DNA of 64,000 bases, from positions 2,791-66,790 of the forward strand of contig LIIK01000008.1 in NCBI GenBank assembly GCA_001421095.1. Direction: 5' to 3'. This stretch comes from Candidatus [Bacteroides] periocalifornicus. Lineage in GTDB: Bacteria > Bacteroidota > Bacteroidia > Bacteroidales > CAJPTX01. Below, in pieces: positions 30,940-39,496 of this stretch. Numbering within the stretch: the stretch's first letter is position 1; each line of letters begins with the position of its first letter. The notes under the pieces were generated by a model. The model was not told where the DNA came from. It ran no database searches and saw only the letters and a program-made list of their open reading frames with translations. A program made the translations under genes and the position numbers.

Positions 30940-31495
30940 AGCGCCTTGCATTGGGGGCAGCATCGCTACCAACCCCGAGTCCCCGTTTGGGAGGGCACGC
31001 GGCATTGTTAGGGCGGGCACTTTGGGGTGGGCCGGCGCATGCGGGGTAGGCGGGCACTCGCTACGCTCGGCACCGCCCCTACCAAGAACGCGATGGCAAA
31101 TCTCGACAATTGATAGAAATGGGATTCTCCGCTGCGAAACCTTATAAACGACGCGGCACGCCGCGTCGCTACCTTCTTCGAGAAATGGGATTGCTTGATT
31201 GAAACCCGTTTACCCGTAAGAGAGGGAAAGCCTCCATAAAGATTGAACCCATACGGGTCTTTTGCAGCGGTCTCCCTTTTGGAATCCGGCGGTTTGAAAC
31301 CTATTCTCCCGTTCCCCAAAGGACGTAGCGACGCGGCGTGCCGCATCGTTTAATTACAGGTGCGGCGTTTTTGCCCTGGCGGGGGCGCGCCGCCCCCGAG
31401 GCTGGGCGTGGGCTGCTCTTTCCCCTTTTTGCGTTGGGATGGTACAGCGCGGAATTTTGCGAGAGGTCTTAATCCTTGGTATTCTCATGTAGAAT
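30940..31495. repeat. Intergenic repeat mosaic
   Basis: G-module (31005-31085), a complete REPIN-like doublet, and a ttttgcgagaggtct end motif. Confidence 0.7.
31149..31348 (+). repeat. REPIN-like ~200-bp inverted doublet
   Basis: cgacgcggcacgccgcgtcgCTAC at 31149-31172 and GTAGcgacgcggcgtgccgcatcg at 31325-31348, with a conserved centre aaagattgaacccatacgggtcttttgcagcggtct. Confidence 0.8.
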
Positions 31496-31498
31496 GGC

Positions 31499-31506
31499 TA
31501 CCTTTG
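31499..31506 (+). promoter_or_regulatory. -7 promoter box (tacctttg)
   Basis: Lies 25 nt upstream of the parA-like ATG. Confidence 0.5.
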
Positions 31507-31530
31507 CCCCAATCATAATACCGTTCGCCT

Positions 31531-32325
31531 ATGGCTCGGACTTTGGCTCTGCTGAACAACAAGGGGGGGACAGGAAAAACCACCACTACCCTAGGGCTCG
31601 GTGCGGCGTTAGCCCGACGACGGCAGCGCGTGCTGCTCATAGATCTCGATAGTCAGCGAAACCTCTCGGCGGCCTTTACGCTCCCCGAGGGCTACACGGG
31701 CATAGGCCATGCGCTAGTGGATAGCCTACCGCTACACGAGGCGATGGTGAAGGTGGACAAGCAGCTCTGGGTGCTGGGCTCTACGCCAGCGCTGGTGGAT
31801 TATGAGTACCAGCTGAGCCATGAGCCCGGGCGGGAGTTCATACTGCGTGAGGCCTTGGCGCCATTGCAGAGCGAATTCGACTTCATCCTGCTGGACTGCG
31901 CTCCTAGCCTGGGTACGCTTACCGTGAATGCGCTCACAGCTGCGGACGGATTCATAGTGCCGATGCAGGCGGAGAATTTCGCCTTTCTGGGGCTAGACCG
32001 AATCCTAGAGACTGCCGATAAGGCCAAGCGGAGAATGAATCCCAAGCTGGAGCTGGAGGGTATTCTCTTCGTGAAGCTGAATCCCCGCACCACGTTCTCC
32101 AAGGCTGTAGTGCAGAGCTTGGCCAAGGATCCTCGCACGGCGGGGAGGGTCTTCCACACCTACATTCGGCAGGATATTGCGCTTATGGAGTGCTCGGCAT
32201 TCCAGAAAAGCGTGTTTGAGTACGCCCCCAGCAGCAATGGGGCGCATGATTACGCAGACCTAGCCCGTGAGTTACTGCAGCGCACGGGTGACCAGAGTGG
32301 TAAGCATAACCTTGAGGAGAAGTAG
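31531..32325 (+). CDS. ParA/Soj-family ATPase (deviant Walker A)
   Basis: LNNKGGTGKTTTT, LLIDLDSQ and ILLDCAPSLG. Confidence 0.85.
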   Translation: MARTLALLNNKGGTGKTTTTLGLGAALARRRQRVLLIDLDSQRNLSAAFTLPEGYTGIGHALVDSLPLHEAMVKVDKQLWVLGSTPALVDYEYQLSHEPGREFILREALAPLQSEFDFILLDCAPSLGTLTVNALTAADGFIVPMQAENFAFLGLDRILETADKAKRRMNPKLELEGILFVKLNPRTTFSKAVVQSLAKDPRTAGRVFHTYIRQDIALMECSAFQKSVFEYAPSSNGAHDYADLARELLQRTGDQSGKHNLEEK

Positions 32326-32327
32326 AT

Positions 32328-32570
32328 ATGGCCAAGAAGAGACGCCCTGCCCTGACCGATATTCAGGATGCTCTCCATGCGCAGACCCGCTACCTTACGG
32401 GAGGTGAAGCGTCATTACCCCTCTCGGCAGATTCGCTGCACAAGCTCCAGGTGCTGGCAGAGTACCAGGGCACTACGGTGGAGGCGCTGCTGCAGCTCGC
32501 GGTAGATGACCTCCTCTCGCTGCGCGCCAGGCAGCTGAAGGCCGCCATGGACGAGCGGGGCGAGGCGTGA
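32328..32570 (+). CDS. Small ribbon-helix-helix-like protein (ParG/CopG-like partner of ParA)
   Basis: Starts 2 nt after the parA stop. 80 aa with a basic N-terminus (MAKKRRPAL) and SLPLSADSLHKLQVLAEYQGTTVEALLQLAVDDLL, a strand-helix-helix pattern. Confidence 0.5.
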   Translation: MAKKRRPALTDIQDALHAQTRYLTGGEASLPLSADSLHKLQVLAEYQGTTVEALLQLAVDDLLSLRARQLKAAMDERGEA

Positions 32571-32929
32571 TCGGCGCGCCTCCTGCTGGGATCATCGGCG
32601 AGCGTTGCTATTGCGATCTGGGTAGGGGAGGTGCCGAGCGCAGCGAGTGCCCTCCCTAATGCATCGTGGCGTGCCGCGTCGCGGTTACATTAATGTTGCG
32701 TCGCAATTATTAATGCCGCATCGCAATTCTACGCGTGCCGCGTCGTTTATGTGGTTTTTGCCGAGGTCTTGGATGGTATGCGCGGGGAGGAGATGGGCGG
32801 GGGAATCTTCGCGTTGCGAAGACCCCGCCCCTACAGTCGGCATTGCGAGGAGATCGTTGCGGGGTATGCCGCACCGACCATCGTGTACGCCCACATAGGC
32901 ATCAACGGGAGCGGCGAATGGGCGGATAA

Positions 32930-33132
32930 CGACGCGGCACGCCGCATCGCTACGTCCTCCGGGAAACGGGGAAATAGGATTTAAACCATCGTATTCCAAA
33001 AGGGGACTCCTCTGCAAAAGGCCTGTAGGGGTCAATCTTTTTTAAAGGATTCTTTCCCTTCTTGCGCGTAAATAGGTTTCAATCAGGCAATTCCATTTCT
33101 CGAAGACCGTAGCGACGCGGCGTGCCGCGTCG
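32930..33132 (-). repeat. REPIN-like ~200-bp inverted doublet
   Basis: Cores at 32930-32953 (…CTAC) and 33109-33132 (GTAG…). Confidence 0.8.
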
Positions 33133-33318
33133 GTTATAAAAACCGTGGGTTTCTATGGGTGGCGCGGAATGCGCATGGAGGCGGCGGCAATGGCAACATG
33201 TGGCTCGCAATGCGACACGCAATGGTATCCCCGCAAACGCCGACTGTAGGGTGCGGGGTCTTCGCGGTCCGCGCGAAGATTTCCCCGCCCGTTGTCACCA
33301 TGCGCCGCTGCGGCGTTT

Positions 33319-33342
33319 GTAGCGACGTGGCGTGCCGCGTCG
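33319..33342 (+). repeat. GTAG-palindrome box, T-variant
   Basis: GTAGCGACGTGGCGTGCCGCGTCG, 142 nt upstream of the ATG at 33461. Confidence 0.7.
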
Positions 33343-33408
33343 CAATTCTTAGCATCCTGCCGGTAGCGGCGTTCATTTTTTCTATTTCGCCATTTCTTTC
33401 GAAATGTC

Positions 33409-33416
33409 TACCTTTG
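33409..33416 (+). promoter_or_regulatory. -7 promoter box (tacctttg)
   Basis: Lies 45 nt upstream of the ATG at 33461. Confidence 0.5.
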
Positions 33417-33460
33417 CAGGAGATTAGGCAGTGTTGCGGCAATTCTCATCGGAAAGCAAA

Positions 33461-34801
33461 ATGGCCACAAGAATAAAAAGCATCAAATGCCCGCAGTGCG
33501 GGAGTACTCGCGTGGAGGAGCTGGCCAACGGGCGTTTCCGTTGCAGGAGCTGCTCCACCACGTTCTTCCTCGATAGCGACGATATCACCATACACCACCA
33601 GTACGATGCGCCGCAGCTGCGGAAGTACCTAACGGGGAAAAATCTGCGTATCGTGCTGATTTCGGTGCTGGGGATGGTGGCCTTGTACGTGCTCTCATCT
33701 ATACTGTCGCCCCGTTCGTCTAGCACGCAGTCGTCGTTATCGCAATCCGTCCGCGATATCGAGAATGTTGAGGAAAAGGAGGCCGAACCCGTTTTCGAGG
33801 CCAAGTACGCGGTGCCCTTTGCCAATAAGGATGGAATGCCGATGATTGCCCTGTTCGGCGTGCAGAGAACGGGCCAATATCCCAAGGTGAAGGAAGATTT
33901 TCTGCTGAAAATATACGATGTCACAGAGGAAGAGATGGTGAGCGCTTCGCTGCTGCCTATAGACCGATTGGGCAGGTTGGAGTACCGGCTCTTTGCCAAC
34001 GGGAAGCTGAACATCATCATCAACGAAAGGCGTTGGTTCGTGCTCGATAGGCAGCTCTATTCGCTGGAAGAGCAAAACAGCTATAGGGAAATAGAACAGC
34101 TGAGCTCAGGATTCGCTTCGGTCAAGTTCGATTATATAGGCCGAGGCGACGGGATGGAGCTGATGACGAATCTGGGCAAGGCGTACTATTACTACCCCTC
34201 TATAGGCAAGGTTTACACGAAAGATCAGTACTTTGATGCCCTGAATAGTCGGCCTCCGCACGCGGTGGTTCGCACGGCTTTCGCCTTTTCATCGGTTACT
34301 GATGACTACCCGGAGCAGGATATTCAGCTGCTGAAAGTCAAGCAGTATTGGAAGGATGGCTACCCGCATGATTTTGTAGATGGATTCGGGTGGTATAAGG
34401 ATTTTGGCGGGAAATTCATCGTCTACACTGATCGCGATCCGTATACAAAGGCCTTCATCAGCAAGTACAATGCCAATAGGGTTCGGCTCATTTCCTACAA
34501 GGATTTCACGCCGGGTTCCATTTATTTTGACCCCGATGTTTTCTATTTCAACGACAGCATCCTCCTTATTGGCTACAAGCCCACGGCGGCGCCCGATGCC
34601 GTCTACCAGTTCCAGCTTTTGGATGCCAACACCGCGGAACGAAAATGGACGGCGCAGAAGCCCGCAGAGCTCTCTGGCAGCGTTGCCAATGACGAGGCTG
34701 TGCTCACCTCGAAGGGCTTTATGCTGGCTTATGGCCGCAAGGTGTGGCTGCTGGGGCTCGACGGTAAAAACCGCTCCATTTCGTCGTTCTATAAGTACTA
34801 A
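33461..34801 (+). CDS. Zinc-ribbon / single-TM protein with large extracytoplasmic domain (unknown function)
   Basis: CPQCGS...CRSC ribbon, TM helix LRIVLISVLGMVALYVLSSIL, then ~350 aa rich in Y/F/D/K. The ATG at 33461 is preferred over the GTG at 33431. Confidence 0.6.
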   Translation: MATRIKSIKCPQCGSTRVEELANGRFRCRSCSTTFFLDSDDITIHHQYDAPQLRKYLTGKNLRIVLISVLGMVALYVLSSILSPRSSSTQSSLSQSVRDIENVEEKEAEPVFEAKYAVPFANKDGMPMIALFGVQRTGQYPKVKEDFLLKIYDVTEEEMVSASLLPIDRLGRLEYRLFANGKLNIIINERRWFVLDRQLYSLEEQNSYREIEQLSSGFASVKFDYIGRGDGMELMTNLGKAYYYYPSIGKVYTKDQYFDALNSRPPHAVVRTAFAFSSVTDDYPEQDIQLLKVKQYWKDGYPHDFVDGFGWYKDFGGKFIVYTDRDPYTKAFISKYNANRVRLISYKDFTPGSIYFDPDVFYFNDSILLIGYKPTAAPDAVYQFQLLDANTAERKWTAQKPAELSGSVANDEAVLTSKGFMLAYGRKVWLLGLDGKNRSISSFYKY

Positions 34802-34897
34802 AGGTGGGGATAAAATGCCGCGAGGCGTATTGCACGCATGGCAAAGAGACTGATAGGCAGATTTCTATGATTATTTAAAGACCGCAGCAATAGCGCA

Positions 34898-35911
34898 ATG
34901 GGTATAAAGAATCTTTTCCACAGGCAGCTATCTACCGTTATCCAGTGGGCAGGCGACGATGGTGATTTCTGGTATAAATACCCCTCAAAGCACGATGAAA
35001 TCATCAATGCCAGCAAGCTCATAGTGGCGCCCGGGCAGGGTGCTGTGCTGGTGTATGAGGGCGAGGTGGTAGATGTTATAGAAGAGGCGGGCTCGTTCAA
35101 CCTGAAAACCGATAACCATCCGTTCTTCACCAACCTTGTAAGGCTACGCCAGGGGTTTGAGAGTGAGCACAAGCTGAAGATCTACTTCTTCCGTAAAACG
35201 CAGGTCTTGAACCAGCTCTGGGGGACGGCCGCACCGGTAAAGCTCATCGATAAGCAATACCGCATCCCGGTAGAATTGGGGGTCAATGGCAATTTCTCGT
35301 ACCGAATGGCCGATGCCCGGCTGTTCCTGGCGGGTATCACGGGAGGGCGCGAGGAGTACTCTACCAGCGAACTCAGCGAGGTCTTGGCCGACCGGATAGT
35401 GCAGAATATCATCACGGAGCTGCACCAGGCAGACTATTCCTACGTGCAGATAGATGCCCACCTCGATGCGATGGCGGGGGCATTAAAGCAGAAGCTCGCC
35501 CCTGTTTTCCAGCAGCTGGGGCTAGAGCTCGCCGACTTCAGAATCATGGGAACGCAGTTCGACGAGGCGACCCGTGCGCGCATTGGGCGTATTGCCGACG
35601 TTACCTCCGATGCGCAGGCAGCGCAGGGGGCCGGGATGACGTACGCTGAGCTCGAGAAACTGCGGGCGTTGCGCGATGCTGCCCGTAATGAAGGCGGCCT
35701 GGCGGGCGCTGGCGTTCAGATGGGCGTGGGCATAGAGATGGGACGGCAAATGGGCGCAGTATCGGGCTCGGCAGGCAGAAACGGGGCGGCACAGACTACC
35801 GACGAGGAGCTGGCCCAACGGCTAAGGCGGCTGAAACTCCTGCTCGACGAGCACGTAATCACCCAGGATGACTACGAGCAGATGAAACGGCAACTGCTGC
35901 TGAAATCCTAA
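34898..35911 (+). CDS. SPFH (Band-7, YdjI/'virion core protein'-like, COG4260) protein with C-terminal SHOCT domain
   Basis: N-terminus LSTVIQWAGDDGDFWYKYPSKHDEIINASKLIVAPGQGAVLVYEGEVV. C-terminus ELAQRLRRLKLLLDEHVITQDDYEQMKRQLL (SHOCT pattern). Confidence 0.7.
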   Translation: MGIKNLFHRQLSTVIQWAGDDGDFWYKYPSKHDEIINASKLIVAPGQGAVLVYEGEVVDVIEEAGSFNLKTDNHPFFTNLVRLRQGFESEHKLKIYFFRKTQVLNQLWGTAAPVKLIDKQYRIPVELGVNGNFSYRMADARLFLAGITGGREEYSTSELSEVLADRIVQNIITELHQADYSYVQIDAHLDAMAGALKQKLAPVFQQLGLELADFRIMGTQFDEATRARIGRIADVTSDAQAAQGAGMTYAELEKLRALRDAARNEGGLAGAGVQMGVGIEMGRQMGAVSGSAGRNGAAQTTDEELAQRLRRLKLLLDEHVITQDDYEQMKRQLLLKS

Positions 35912-35932
35912 CAACATCTAGCATTCTGAACT

Positions 35933-36205
35933 ATGGCATACATTAAGGGAATCGTGCTGAGCATCGTGCTTCTCGCCTTGCTCATCATAGCCTATTTTAC
36001 CCTGGATATGTGGGGTGTAGGGCTTCCATTCAGCCGGGGCACGCTGTACAGCATCGTCATCACGGTGGGCATTGTGGATTGCGTTGTAATCCTTCTGCTC
36101 ATTTTCCTGCCGTTCCTTTTCAAAAAAGAGGGGGCGGGGTACGACAAAACGGGCACAGGGGTAGCGCAACGGAAAAGGAGAAAAGACCAGATTATCGCGG
36201 AATAG
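35933..36205 (+). CDS. Small two-TM membrane protein
   Basis: Two hydrophobic helices and a basic tail (QRKRRKDQ). Starts 21 nt after the SPFH gene. Confidence 0.45.
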   Translation: MAYIKGIVLSIVLLALLIIAYFTLDMWGVGLPFSRGTLYSIVITVGIVDCVVILLLIFLPFLFKKEGAGYDKTGTGVAQRKRRKDQIIAE

Positions 36206-36448
36206 GCTGGCATGGAGAAGTGGAAGGGGAGGGCCAGGCAGGGGAAGGATGGAATAGGCAGGCAGGGGAGGGGGAGTGGGCAGGCAACTTTCGGCCTGCC
36301 CCTACATGGTCTATCCCCTATGCGGCATCGCCTTTGCCCAGATCGCAGGAATGGGGGCATCGATTGATGAAGGCATTACCCTTCCGATGATTTTTGATTT
36401 CAAAGGTCTAGAATCTGATAGTAAGATTCTATTAATTAAATAATTACG

Positions 36449-38515
36449 ATGATGAAGAACGGTGTACTACGGCTGGCAGTGGTGCTCGCTTTGCTATTGG
36501 GTGCTGCTGGGGTGAAGGGGCAGGATGGGAAATCCTTCATTACCCTATGGGATACGGAGCTAAGGGTCGTCTACCTTGTGTACGATGGAAAGGAGATACA
36601 CGGGGTGGATGTGGATGATAAGACGCTCTACATCCCGATAGTTGGGGAGAACTACGCAGTGAGCTACCGCAAGGTGGGGGAGAGCCAGTGGACTGATGCT
36701 GGCAGGCACACCACCCAGAGGGGGAAGGCTCTGATACTAAAGCTCCCAACCCCCGGGAAGTACTACGTGAAGGCTGGACCCGAGGGGGTAAAGGCAATAT
36801 ACGGTGGAGGGCAGCACTACACAACATGGACGGGTACGAACAGCCGCTTGCTGGAGGTGGTCTCGTTTGGCGATGTGGAGTGGGGCGAAAATGGGCTGGA
36901 GAGCGCTTTTATCGCCAGCACAGCGCTAACCACGATGGGGGTACGCAAGGCGGAATTCCCCGACGCACGGCTTACGCCAAAGGGGGTGAAGGGATCGCTG
37001 CGCCACCTATTCTGCGATTGCAGAGAGTTCAATGGCGACCTCTCCCAATGGGATGTGAGCCAGGTTACCAACCTAGACAGCACCTTCGCGGGCTGCGAGA
37101 AGTTCAACGGCGATCTCTCCAAGTGGAATGTGGGCAATGTGACCTCTATGCGCAGCACATTCTACGGTTGCGATGTTTTCAATGCGAACCTCTCAGAATG
37201 GAACGTGGGCCGTGTGGTACGTATGGACGATATGCTCCACGGTTGCTATGTTTTTAGCTCAGATATCTCCCGATGGAATGTGGCGCAGGTGGCAAATATG
37301 GATCAGCTGTTCTACTATTGCTGGGCCTTCAATGCGGATATCTCCAAGTGGAATGTGGCTCGGGTAACCACGATGAATCGGATGTTCTATGGGTGTAAAA
37401 TCTTCAATGCCAATCTCTCCAGATGGGATGTGTCCAATGTGGAGGATATGGGCTTTATGTTCTGGGGGTGTGAGGCTTTCAACGCGGATCTTAGCCTGTG
37501 GAACGTGGGGAAGGTCGCCTCGATAGGGGGTATGTTTGTAAGGTGTAAGGCTTTCAACTACGACTGTATCACAAGCTGGGTGCCTCGCTCGCTGGAGAGA
37601 GGGCATATGTTCAGCGATGCCATAACCCCCGCGGCATGGAGTAGAATTCTGAAGGCTTGGGGGGCTATAGCCGATCGGCTTCCTCTGAATGCGAAAGTGG
37701 GGGCGGAGTGCAAGCATTTCAAGAGTGCCAACGCGGCAATAGCCCAGCTGAACGGCAGGGGATGGGAGATACTGGATGGCGGTGAGATGGACGGGGTTAT
37801 CTTCCGGTACGATGCGAATGGCGGCGTATTTGCAGGGGGAAAAACCACTTGGGACGATGAAACGGAGGGAAAGGCGGAGGCCCCGAAGGTGCGCCCAACC
37901 AAGGCGGGTTTCGTGGTGTCTGGCTGGTATCAGGATGCAGCTTGCACCCGAAAGTGGGACTTCACGAAGAGCTACCCAATGGGCGGTAGCCCCTACACCA
38001 TCTACGCTGGGTGGAGGGCCGGTAAGATCCTCACGATTATCCCACCGTCCAATGGTTCGCTAGAGGTGCGGGAAGGTGCTACCGTGCTGCCTACAGGATC
38101 TGGCGTTGCAGAGGGTGTGATTCTCACCATAATAGCCACTCCCGCGGAAGGCTATACCCTGAAGTCAATCACTGTCAACGGAACTCCCATAGCTACCAGT
38201 AGCCCGGCAACCTATACCGTGGCAGGCGACCTGGAGGTATCGGCAGAATTTGCAGAGGGAGGTAATACACCGGTGGAGGGGCTTGCAAGGGTGGTGGCTG
38301 CCCCCAATCCGTTTGGGCATTCGCTAATCCTGATGAATGCTGAGCGGGTGGCTAGCTACACAGTACTGAATGCAAAGGGTGCGGTAGTGGCAAGCGGGGC
38401 GCATGATGGCTCGCCAACGCTACAAATAACCGCGCAGGACTGGCCTAGCGGTTTCTACCTCGTGCGGCTAGTGGGACCTGACGGGGTGAAGGTGCTGCGG
38501 ATCGTGAAGATGTAG
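36449..38515 (+). CDS. BspA-type leucine-rich-repeat surface protein with Listeria-Bacteroides (Flg_new) repeat and T9SS type-A C-terminal domain
   Basis: Signal peptide. About 8 repeats of FxGCxxFNxDLSxWNVxxVTxMxxMF. GFVVSGWYQDAACTRKWDF. C-terminal NPFGHSLILMNAERVASYTVLNAKG...GFYLVRLVG...LRIVKM. Confidence 0.8.
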   Translation: MMKNGVLRLAVVLALLLGAAGVKGQDGKSFITLWDTELRVVYLVYDGKEIHGVDVDDKTLYIPIVGENYAVSYRKVGESQWTDAGRHTTQRGKALILKLPTPGKYYVKAGPEGVKAIYGGGQHYTTWTGTNSRLLEVVSFGDVEWGENGLESAFIASTALTTMGVRKAEFPDARLTPKGVKGSLRHLFCDCREFNGDLSQWDVSQVTNLDSTFAGCEKFNGDLSKWNVGNVTSMRSTFYGCDVFNANLSEWNVGRVVRMDDMLHGCYVFSSDISRWNVAQVANMDQLFYYCWAFNADISKWNVARVTTMNRMFYGCKIFNANLSRWDVSNVEDMGFMFWGCEAFNADLSLWNVGKVASIGGMFVRCKAFNYDCITSWVPRSLERGHMFSDAITPAAWSRILKAWGAIADRLPLNAKVGAECKHFKSANAAIAQLNGRGWEILDGGEMDGVIFRYDANGGVFAGGKTTWDDETEGKAEAPKVRPTKAGFVVSGWYQDAACTRKWDFTKSYPMGGSPYTIYAGWRAGKILTIIPPSNGSLEVREGATVLPTGSGVAEGVILTIIATPAEGYTLKSITVNGTPIATSSPATYTVAGDLEVSAEFAEGGNTPVEGLARVVAAPNPFGHSLILMNAERVASYTVLNAKGAVVASGAHDGSPTLQITAQDWPSGFYLVRLVGPDGVKVLRIVKM

Positions 38516-38700
38516 GGATGGTGCTCACAGGTGGGGGGCTTTGGACGGCGAAGCCCCCTCTACGGTCGGCGTTGCGGGGTATGCCGCTTGACTAACATTC
38601 TACGCCCATGCGGGGATGCCATGCGCGTATATCGCCAACCAATCCGTGAGTTTTCTAAGTTGATGCGATGATCAATGGAAACGGCGTGAAGGCGAGTCAA

Positions 38701-38899
38701 CGACGCGGCACGCCGCGTCGCTACGTCCTTCGGAGAACGGGAGAATCGGTTTTAAACCGCCGTATTCCAAAAGGGGACCGCGGCGAAAGGCCGTAGGGGG
38801 TCAATCTTTCTGGGGAGATTTTCCCTTCTTGCGCGTAAATCGGCTTCAATCATGCAATTCCATTTCTCGAAGAGCGTAGCGACGCGGCGTGCCGCGTCG
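38701..38899 (-). repeat. REPIN-like doublet, copy 1 of tandem trio
   Basis: Cores at 38701-38724 and 38876-38899. Confidence 0.8.
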
Positions 38900-39061
38900 T
38901 TTATGGGAGGTTTGCAGAGGTCTTGGATGGTATGCGCGGAGGCGATGGGCGGGGGAATCTTCGCGCTGCGAAGCCCCCTCTACGGTCGGCGTTGCGGGGT
39001 ATCTCTATTGGCCAACATTTACGTCACAGCGGAAATCAACGGGAACGCCATGGGCGGATAA

Positions 39062-39256
39062 TGACGCGGCACGCCGCGTCGCTACGTCCTTCGGGAAACG
39101 TGAGGATAGGATTTAACCGCCGTATTCCAAAAGGGAGGCCGCGGCAAAAGGCCTGTAGGGGTTCAATTTTTTATGGGGGGCCTTCTTGTTGGTAAAGACC
39201 TTTTAATCATGCAATCCCATTTCTCGAAGAGCGTAGCGACGCGGCGTGCCGCGTCG
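39062..39256 (-). repeat. REPIN-like doublet, copy 2 of tandem trio
   Basis: Cores at 39062-39085 (tgacgcggc variant) and 39233-39256. Confidence 0.8.
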
Positions 39257-39305
39257 TTGTAAAAACCGTAAGGTCTCCTTAGGTGGGAGCCATAAAGGCG
39301 GATAA

Positions 39306-39496
39306 CGATGCGGCACGCCGCGTCGCTACGTCCTTCGGGAATCGGGAGAATAGGTTTTAAACCTCCGCATTCCAAAAGAGGGACCGCGGCGAAAGGCCTA
39401 TGTGGTCAATCAATTTTTAAAGGGGGCTTTGGTAAACAGTTTTTAATCACGCAATTCCATTTCTCGAAGAGCGTAGCGACGCGGCGTGCCGCGTCG
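39306..39496 (-). repeat. REPIN-like doublet, copy 3 of tandem trio
   Basis: Cores at 39306-39329 (cgatgcggc variant) and 39473-39496. Confidence 0.8.

Larger units (their letters stand above)
32585..33400. repeat. Intergenic repeat mosaic with nested palindromic architecture
   Basis: Order along the sequence: box plus array (32661-32760), Y hairpin module (32795-32841), REPIN-like doublet (32930-33132), inverted Y module (33239-33290), T-variant box (33319-33342). Confidence 0.75.

Noticed and set aside
38701-39496. Possible CRISPR array (three regularly recurring ~200-bp units)
   Set aside because: The units are ~200 bp, internally palindromic and shared with dispersed copies elsewhere. 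The spacers are 162 and 49 nt, and one is itself a repeat module. There is no cas gene or leader.
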